Source: Candidatus Hadarchaeota archaeon (GTDB lineage: Archaea; Hadarchaeota; Hadarchaeia; Hadarchaeales; Hadarchaeaceae). Taken from it: a DNA stretch of 32,000 nt. Of the stretch, positions 1 through 5,620 are shown one piece after another. Below the pieces are notes generated by a model. The model did no database searches, was not told the origin of the DNA, and saw nothing but the letters and a program-made list of their open reading frames with translations. Location of the stretch: NCBI GenBank assembly GCA_964514965.1, contig CAZETV010000002.1, positions 188,545 to 220,544 of the forward strand, given 5' to 3'. The position numbers and the translations under genes were made by a program. Each line of letters starts with the position of its first letter. Position 1 is the stretch's first letter.

Positions 1-335
1 TGTTGTCAAAACTGCTGGCGGCGATATAGGAACCATCAGAAGAGATTGAAACTGAGTGGACCCAACCGCCAGCCGTGTATGACCAAAGCGGAGTGCTGCT
101 GCTCTTAGAGAAGAGATAAACATTGTTACCACTGCCGGCGGCGATATAAGAGCCATCAGAAGAGATTGAAACTGAGTAGACCTGAGCACCAGTCCTGTAT
201 AACCAAAGCGGAGTGCTGCTGCTCTTAGAGAAGAGATAAACATTGTTGTCAAAACTGCTGGCGGCGATATAGGAACCATCAGAAGAGATTGAAACTGACA
301 AAACCACACTGCCAGCCGTGTATGGCCAAGGTGTT
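1..335. repeat. 120-bp tandem repeat, about 2.8 copies, in an A-B-A pattern (240-bp higher-order period)
   Basis: Positions 1-55 and 241-295 are identical by eye (tgttgtcaaaactgctggcggcgatataggaaccatcagaagagattgaaactga). The copy at 121-240 is a diverged variant. All copies share ...caaagcggagtgctgctgctcttagagaagagataaacat. The repeat encodes the 40-aa propeller blades of the minus-strand CDS. Confidence 0.9.
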
Positions 336-472
336 GTGGTTGTAGTTGTGGACGGGTTTGTTGTGGTTGTAGTTGTCGAGAGAATGACGGCAGATGCAAT
401 AACAACTACAACAACTGTAACTACTATCCCCACTATCGCGTTTGTACTAATCCCCTTCTCCTCTCTTTTCAT
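1..472 (-). CDS. Membrane-anchored beta-propeller repeat protein, N-terminal part (gene continues past the left edge, so it is absent from the ORF track)
   Basis: Hand translation of the minus strand from the ATG at 472-470 gives MKREEKGISTNAIVGIVVTVVVVVIASAVILS (one hydrophobic helix). This is followed by a TTTTTTNPSTTTTTT stalk and then 40-aa units VYLFSKSSSTPLW.Y..G..V.SVSISSDGSYIAA.S..N, typical of WD40/PQQ/YVTN-like propeller blades. The frame stays open to position 1. Confidence 0.7.
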   Translation of the reverse strand, partial: MKREEKGISTNAIVGIVVTVVVVVIASAVILSTTTTTTNPSTTTTTTPWPYTAGSVVLSVSISSDGSYIAASSFDNNVYLFSKSSSTPLWLYRTGAQVYSVSISSDGSYIAAGSGNNVYLFSKSSSTPLWSYTAGGWVHSVSISSDGSYIAASSFDN

Positions 473-948
473 TTCATACCTTCACAAGTGTCGGCTTTGA
501 TACCTATTAAGGTGAGCTTAAGTTTTTAGGGCGTCTTTTCCGATGGCCAGCCAACTTTTCATAATCACCTCAATGTCTACATCTGAAAAGGGAAATTCAC
601 CAACCTTGATAGACGTAGCCGATCTGAGGAAAAAGTTATGGTTAGCCTCTCGGCATTGGGTGGCTCTAGAATCGGAACCTTAACTAAGTACCGCCATGTT
701 AAGCGAGACTTGTAAGCCGAAAAACCGTTTATTCAAGTTCACGTAGAAGCCGAGATAGCCAAGGGGAAGTATCACGATTACGATACTTTTCTCGGTTGCG
801 AGGCGGACCAGCTCAAGGTTTTCGCTCAGGGGTTAGGGTTGAATCCTAGACAAGTTATAATGTCGGGGGCTTTCACCAAACCCCACCAGACTGTTATGTA
901 ATCGAGGAAATTAACATCCCCCAACGTAAACTTGATTCCATATATTAG

Positions 949-1023
949 TGGGGCCGCCGGAATTTGAATCCGGGTCACCAGCACCCCAAGCTGGGAGGCT
1001 AGACCAAGCTACCCCACGGCCCC
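949..1023 (-). tRNA. tRNA-Pro (anticodon GGG)
   Basis: The minus strand reads GGGGCCG-TG-GGGT-AGCTTGGTCTA-GCCT-C-CCAGC-TTGGGGT-GCTGG-TGAC-CCGGA-TTCAAAT-TCCGG-CGGCCCC-A. It folds as a cloverleaf with 7/4/5/5-bp stems, T33 and G37 flanking GGG, and a canonical TTCAAAT T-loop. It is 75 nt with no encoded CCA. Confidence 0.85.
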
Positions 1024-1066
1024 TGAGGAATCTAGTTCCATCTACATAAAAACAAGTTGTCGAAGA

Positions 1067-2014
1067 TTATGTATTGATAATATTAACTATCTGTTTATTT
1101 GTCTCTTGCGGCGGCTCAATAGTATTAACCATATAAACATCCGTCAATTTGAAAAGCTTTTTGAAAAAATCCTTCCTGAGTTGCAGCTTTCGTTGGTCTC
1201 TTACCAATTGATGAGGGTTGCAAAAATCATTCGCCAGCAAATAATCCAGTGCCTCCTCAGGGCTGAGCTTTCTGATCACTTTTGGGTCATCTTTATCCCT
1301 CTTGAGCAGGATAATTTTTCTGAGTGTCGTCATCGGTATTACCCCACCACTACCTACTATCCACCTCACATTTACGACCGCCCTTCCACGCGAATCGAAA
1401 CGGGCTTTTTTCACGAGCCCCTCATATTCCTTCCATATGCTCCCGATATCTGCCTCGACATAGCAGTTCTTCTCCGAGCCGAAAGCAAGAGGGCCCTGCT
1501 CGTAAATTCTCACGAAATACCAGTCATCCGTCACCAGCCTCGCCCCTTCCAATCTCAACAGACCCCATGAGTGAGTCGTCTTGCCAGTTTTAGGTGGCGC
1601 TATGATGGAAACACCCGTTCCCTTCACGTCTATCGCTGCTCCGTGGACGGAGTATATCCCGTGTTCGTCTTCGAGAACATCACCCGCCACGGAAAGGGTG
1701 ATGCTCTTTATCCACCCATAGTAGTCGACATTGGTCAGGAACGCTGTATTCGTATAGGGGTCATACTTGACATCGAGCTGGTTCCCCTCCTCTCTCAAAA
1801 CGACGATGCGACCATGCGATCGGATGTTCTCGTCCATTGTGTAAAAGTTTTCATCCCATAGGTCTTTCACGTCCTCCAATTCTGTCAGGAGCTTTATGCA
1901 ACAACCGTAGATGTTCGCCTTCTTGGTATACAGGTACCGCTTTAAATTGAGCTCGAAGAGCCTCTGCTTCTCCTCGGGCATGATTAACTTTACCTCATAT
2001 TTCAAGGAACTCAT
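1067..2014 (-). CDS. HPr kinase/PEPCK-like P-loop kinase family protein, substrate unknown; downstream partner of RuBisCO
   Basis: ORF track 1067..2017 (TTG); the ATG one codon in, at 2014, is more likely. The mid-protein motif HGAAIDVKGTGVSIIAPPKTGKTTHSWGLLRLEGARLVTDDWYFV matches the HprK C-terminal kinase pattern hG..vd..G.GVli.G.sG.GKS..al.L...G..LvaDD. It is co-oriented with RuBisCO and starts 10 nt after its stop. Confidence 0.7.
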   Translation of the reverse strand: MSSLKYEVKLIMPEEKQRLFELNLKRYLYTKKANIYGCCIKLLTELEDVKDLWDENFYTMDENIRSHGRIVVLREEGNQLDVKYDPYTNTAFLTNVDYYGWIKSITLSVAGDVLEDEHGIYSVHGAAIDVKGTGVSIIAPPKTGKTTHSWGLLRLEGARLVTDDWYFVRIYEQGPLAFGSEKNCYVEADIGSIWKEYEGLVKKARFDSRGRAVVNVRWIVGSGGVIPMTTLRKIILLKRDKDDPKVIRKLSPEEALDYLLANDFCNPHQLVRDQRKLQLRKDFFKKLFKLTDVYMVNTIEPPQETNKQIVNIINT

Positions 2015-2024
2015 CAAATCACAT

Positions 2025-3320
2025 TTACTTGGGCCTGATATATCCCCACTTCTCTATGGCGGCCCTCAATTCTCCTCTTCCCTTGGCGTATTCTTCAAGC
2101 GGAACTTTCCTTAGCGTAGCATCGATGGCCTGACGCACAGCTGCTGCCCCCGCTCGTCCACCTAGCGGATGTCCCCAAACACCGCCCCCAACTTGGATGA
2201 TAATATCTGTTCCAAACATGCCGATGATCTCGGGTACCAAACCTGGGTGCAACCCGCCTGAGATGACGGGGAAAACAGGTCTGATCGCGCGCCACTCTTG
2301 AGCTAGAATTTGCCGTCCCCTTTTAACGTTACTATTCATGATTTCTCTTTGTAGCGCCAGAACCTCCTCCCGTGGCGCCTCAAGCTTCCCTATTGCGGTG
2401 CCGATGTGGAGCTGGTCAACGCCCACAAGGCGAGCTATTTTTGCAACGGCTAACATAGACATCCCATGCTCTGGCTTGCGCGTGAATGCGGCGTGGAACG
2501 CACGGTGAGCGTGGATCGCGAGCCCTAAATCTTCACAATCATCGCGCAGCGATTGAACTCCTGCCCACCCCGCCGTCAGGATATCTACCATCACATACTC
2601 CCCACCTTGCTCCTTTACGAATTTCGCGCGGCGGAGCATTTCTCGCGTCTCGGCGGTCACGTTAATCAAATAGCTCTTTCGTTCTCCAGTTTCGTGCTCG
2701 GCTCGGTCGCGCAGCTCAAGCGACTTAGTCACCCTGCGTTCGAATTGGTTGAATCGCTGCCCAGAGAGGTTCTCATCGTCCTTGAGCAGGTCAATGCCGC
2801 CTACCCAAGCTTCGTATCCCGCTCGAGCGTGCTCCTCGCTGCTCATCCCGACTTTGGGCTTTGGCACCGTTGCGGTCAGCGGCCCCTCTCTCCCCTTGAA
2901 TATCTTTCTGATGCCCTTGATACCAAACTGAGGACCCTTGAAAGATTTTATGAGCTCCGGAGGCCACCGCACGTCCTCGAGCCTGAGATTGCGCACGGCT
3001 TTCATCCCGAAGATGTTGCCCGCGATCGAGCTAAGCACTTGGGGCATGTTCCCCGCCTCGAAGAGGTCAAGCGGGTAGGCCACCTTCACCCACCGCCCTT
3101 TAATTTCGTAGGCCTTCGCCATGAGTCGTCGCTTTTCGGGCGTCATCGTCGTAAGGGTGGTCCAAGTGCCAATCGAGCTCTCCGAGGCCACGCGCCCCAC
3201 GGCTTCTCGCATGCTAATGCCGTTCGCAGGCTCAACTCTAAACAAAACGATCAAGTCCTCGCGGGCGGGCCTGTAGCTCGGGTCGACGAAATCTAAATAC
3301 CATTCGGTCTTCATGCTCAT
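2025..3320 (-). CDS. rbcL: Ribulose-1,5-bisphosphate carboxylase/oxygenase large subunit, archaeal form III type
   Basis: 431 aa. Catalytic signatures are present: TVPKPKVG, GGIDLLKDDE (carbamylated Lys context), HAHRAFHAA and a C-terminal GGG loop. There is no small-subunit gene nearby. Confidence 0.95.
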   Translation of the reverse strand: MSMKTEWYLDFVDPSYRPAREDLIVLFRVEPANGISMREAVGRVASESSIGTWTTLTTMTPEKRRLMAKAYEIKGRWVKVAYPLDLFEAGNMPQVLSSIAGNIFGMKAVRNLRLEDVRWPPELIKSFKGPQFGIKGIRKIFKGREGPLTATVPKPKVGMSSEEHARAGYEAWVGGIDLLKDDENLSGQRFNQFERRVTKSLELRDRAEHETGERKSYLINVTAETREMLRRAKFVKEQGGEYVMVDILTAGWAGVQSLRDDCEDLGLAIHAHRAFHAAFTRKPEHGMSMLAVAKIARLVGVDQLHIGTAIGKLEAPREEVLALQREIMNSNVKRGRQILAQEWRAIRPVFPVISGGLHPGLVPEIIGMFGTDIIIQVGGGVWGHPLGGRAGAAAVRQAIDATLRKVPLEEYAKGRGELRAAIEKWGYIRPK

Positions 3321-3561
3321 GAACCAATTAACAATAGCTTTTCAAGTAAAAATACACTTAGCGCTTGAATTTCGCTCTATCGTCTCAAATGGGCTGAGAT
3401 ACATTTGCGAATCCACATCCATTTTATCCAACCGTCAGATCCATTGTCTCTCCACTAGGTTAGGACTAAGCAATACCGCTTATTTCTTTTCTTTCTCTTC
3501 GGCGGTTCGTTTCGATTCACATTTCCCCATCTCACGTTTGGCTAAGCCGCCAACGACTGAA

Positions 3562-3798
3562 TCAAGCCAGCACCACGAATACCACGCTATCGCCGCGAAT
3601 GAAAAGCAAACCGTATCGCTTTCTCACTCGGTCCCCCTCAAGGCTCGTGGCATCGTCGAGCACCAAATTCATGTGCATATCGTAAGCGCGCAACTTGCCA
3701 CGGAGCCTAGCCGCCCCTTTTAGCCCAACGATCACCTCGTTGCTCGAAGCGCGACCCAGTATTTCAGACAGAAGGCTTTCGGGACGAACTTGCACCAT
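3562..3798 (-). CDS. Sm-like archaeal protein (SmAP/LSm)
   Basis: 78 aa with Sm1 (VIVGLKGAARLRGKLRAYDMHMNLVLDDA) and Sm2 (LFIRGDSVVFV) motifs. Confidence 0.9.
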   Translation of the reverse strand: MVQVRPESLLSEILGRASSNEVIVGLKGAARLRGKLRAYDMHMNLVLDDATSLEGDRVRKRYGLLFIRGDSVVFVVLA

Positions 3799-4188
3799 CT
3801 ACCTACCCTCGCTCTTGCAGAGAATTTGTAGACTTTTCTGCAACTGCCCTCTCATCTGCACACGTATCTTCCGCTCGATGTGCATCCTCTCGCAGAGACT
3901 TTGAAGCCTTTTCTTCAACTGCTCCAGTTCATTGGTCCCTTCGCGGAGGTTTTCCAAGGTGGACTGGAGCTTGATCGCGAGGGATTGCTGCTCGTACAGG
4001 GGGCGTGAGTCCGGGAGCTCCCCGCGGTTTATCGATTCCTCGAGGTTGCTTGTGATTCGACTTATAAGCCCTTCCATCTCCTCGAGCTTCTTTGGGTCGA
4101 CCTTTACCGCCTCGAGCATCATCAAGGCTTTTCTCCATTGCTCAGCCCTTTTACTCATGCTATCTTCTCCACCAAACGAGCGAGCCAT
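3799..4188 (-). CDS. Coiled-coil protein, unknown function
   Basis: 129-aa ORF whose stop abuts the Sm start. It has long heptad-like Leu/Gln/Glu/Lys stretches (NELEQLKKRLQSLCERMHIERKIRVQMRGQLQKSLQIL). The start could be M11 (4158). No family recognised. Confidence 0.55.
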   Translation of the reverse strand: MARSFGGEDSMSKRAEQWRKALMMLEAVKVDPKKLEEMEGLISRITSNLEESINRGELPDSRPLYEQQSLAIKLQSTLENLREGTNELEQLKKRLQSLCERMHIERKIRVQMRGQLQKSLQILCKSEGR

Positions 4189-4224
4189 GGCACACTAAAA
4201 AGAGATTTCCTTCCAACAAATCTA

Positions 4225-4235
4225 TCGAATTTCGA
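4225..4235. promoter_or_regulatory. Perfect copy of palindrome TCGAAWTTCGA (tcgaatttcga), 7 nt from an AT-rich TATA-like element at 4243-4253
   Basis: Read directly. It lies in the divergent intergenic region between the coiled-coil/Sm operon and the MEDS/PadR gene. Confidence 0.55.
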
Positions 4236-4273
4236 CACGAAATTAATATAAAAGCTGCAATGTAGTCATTTTA

Positions 4274-5149
4274 GTGTCATCCATGGTGAGCGAGGTGTCT
4301 TCCAACATAGAAACCGTGCTGTCGAGCATCGAGTTCAAACACACTCTACACCTCTACAGCTCCGATGTGAACAAGTACTCGGTTCAGGCACCCTTCCTAG
4401 CGGCCGCAAAGAAGGGCGAAACCGTTGTATACGTCACCAACGAGAGCCCCGCAGCGATGATGAAGGAGTTTGAGGGACTCGGTATCAAACTTTCCGTCAT
4501 AAAGCCCGAAGAGTTAGGAAAATTACCAATCACCAATCGCGGTCTGAGAGTAGTCGTAGACGCTGGCTCGATCGACCCGAGCATGCTCCGAAGGCTGAGA
4601 AGTCGAACACGGGAAGCGATAGCTAAGTACATCGACCACTCCAAGCGGGAAAAATACTTGGCTGAGAGATGTAAAGACTGCCTCATCTTGTGCACTTACG
4701 ACATGGGCAAGCTCGGTCCCGATTTGGTCAAACAACTCGTCGCATCCCACGATAAGCTGGTGCTAACGACGAGCGATGCGACCATCCTAGCGGCGGAGTC
4801 GCTGGATCGGGCTGGGCTTGCGGCTGAATCGGTTCAGCGGTTTGTGAAGGATGAACTTGAGACCATAGTTCTGGCGCTCGTGCTCAGGGAGCCAATGTGC
4901 GGCACCGACATAATAAAAACAATCCACAGCAAGTTCAACGTACTTTTGAGCCCGGGCACGATATACCCTCTCTTGCACGACCTTGAGAAGAAGGGGCTAT
5001 TGAAATGCGAGTACGGCGTAAAGACTAAGACCTACAAGCCGATGGAAGGCGCCGAGGAAAAAATCCGCGCCATGCTTGAGGAGCACGTCAAAGCGAGCAG
5101 GTTCCTGAGCAAGTTTTTGCAGGTCACCAGCGCGAGCGAAAAGCGGTAA
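4274..5149 (+). CDS. Transcription regulator: N-terminal MEDS-like sensory domain plus C-terminal PadR-type winged helix
   Basis: 291 aa (GTG 4274, or ATG 4283). The C-terminus LVLREPMCGTDIIKTIHSKFNVLLSPGTIYPLLHDLEKKGLLKCEY..KTYKP fits the PadR signature. The N-terminus HTLHLYSSDVNKYSVQAPFLAAAKKGETVVYV resembles MEDS. It is a paralog of 15819..16805. Confidence 0.8.
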   Translation: MSSMVSEVSSNIETVLSSIEFKHTLHLYSSDVNKYSVQAPFLAAAKKGETVVYVTNESPAAMMKEFEGLGIKLSVIKPEELGKLPITNRGLRVVVDAGSIDPSMLRRLRSRTREAIAKYIDHSKREKYLAERCKDCLILCTYDMGKLGPDLVKQLVASHDKLVLTTSDATILAAESLDRAGLAAESVQRFVKDELETIVLALVLREPMCGTDIIKTIHSKFNVLLSPGTIYPLLHDLEKKGLLKCEYGVKTKTYKPMEGAEEKIRAMLEEHVKASRFLSKFLQVTSASEKR

Positions 5150-5161
5150 CGGTTTTAGCGT

Positions 5162-5172
5162 TCAAATTTCGA
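5162..5172. promoter_or_regulatory. One-mismatch copy of the TCGAAWTTCGA palindrome (tcaaatttcga) upstream of the RHH gene
   Basis: Read directly; it lies 58 nt upstream of the ATG at 5230. Confidence 0.4.
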
Positions 5173-5229
5173 AACACAAACTTATTAGGGATTTTTTCAG
5201 CGGACTTTATGTGGTGGGGGTGATTTCAG

Positions 5230-5436
5230 ATGCTCGGAAGGCGATCAATTATGGGGATTGTTTCCTCCGCGGATTACGATAAACTTCAAAATATGTGTGC
5301 TCGAGAGGGATGTCGCATCTCAGATATAGTCGGCAGAATCGTTTCCCAGTACTTGGCCAGAGTCCCCGCGGAAAAAGTTGTGAAAGTAAAGAAAATAAAA
5401 AGGATTAAAAAGGCCAAGAAACGGGCCCCCAAGTAA
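5230..5436 (+). CDS. Small ribbon-helix-helix (CopG/Arc-like) DNA-binding protein with a Lys-rich tail
   Basis: 68 aa. A GGTGAT Shine-Dalgarno sequence lies about 6 nt upstream of the ATG. IVSSADYDKLQNMCAREGCRISDIVGRIVSQYL fits the RHH strand-helix-helix pattern. The tail is KVKKIKRIKKAKKRAPK. Confidence 0.6.
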   Translation: MLGRRSIMGIVSSADYDKLQNMCAREGCRISDIVGRIVSQYLARVPAEKVVKVKKIKRIKKAKKRAPK

Positions 5437-5620
5437 AATCCGCTCAAAACGAGGTGAACCCATGGGAAAATTGAAGGAGTGGTTTCGTAAGAAATCGAAG
5501 CGTAAGGCAAAGAAAAAGGGAAAATGATTCAGGGTTGATGGCTCATCTTTTTGCTTCTCAATTACCACCTTCGAAATCAGCTAGAATTCAGGCCCATTTT
5601 AATGTCGGATTTCTTTTGCG

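Noticed and set aside
1-335. Considered whether the regular 120-bp repeats could be a CRISPR array or satellite
   Set aside because: The units are contiguous with no unique spacers. At 120 bp they are too long for CRISPR repeats. They translate in frame as 40-aa propeller blades of the minus-strand CDS.
318-500. ORF-track entry, 60 aa, Val/Thr-rich (+ strand)
   Set aside because: It is the antisense shadow of the N-terminal TM helix and Thr-rich stalk of the minus-strand propeller gene. The composition is implausible and there is no RBS.
540-948. Integrated element or att site next to tRNA-Pro
   Set aside because: No integrase or transposase ORF is present, and I could not find a duplicated tRNA 3' segment in the window.
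1106-1861. Three + strand ORFs (154, 89 and 96 aa)
   Set aside because: All lie antisense within the kinase CDS and have Pro/Ser/Arg-rich nonsense composition.
1067-2014. Calling the RuBisCO-linked gene phosphoribulokinase or ribose-1,5-bisphosphate isomerase
   Set aside because: PRK/uridine-kinase-type enzymes carry the Walker A near the N-terminus, whereas here the P-loop is at about residue 150 in an HprK-like context. There is no eIF-2B-like isomerase pattern. It is kept as a kinase of unknown substrate.
2553-3296. 247-aa + strand ORF
   Set aside because: It lies entirely antisense to the RuBisCO gene, whose identity is unambiguous.
3313-3723. 136-aa + strand ORF spanning the rbcL-Sm intergenic region
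   Set aside because: It overlaps the Sm CDS antisense and covers the rbcL promoter. It has no RBS and no recognisable fold pattern.
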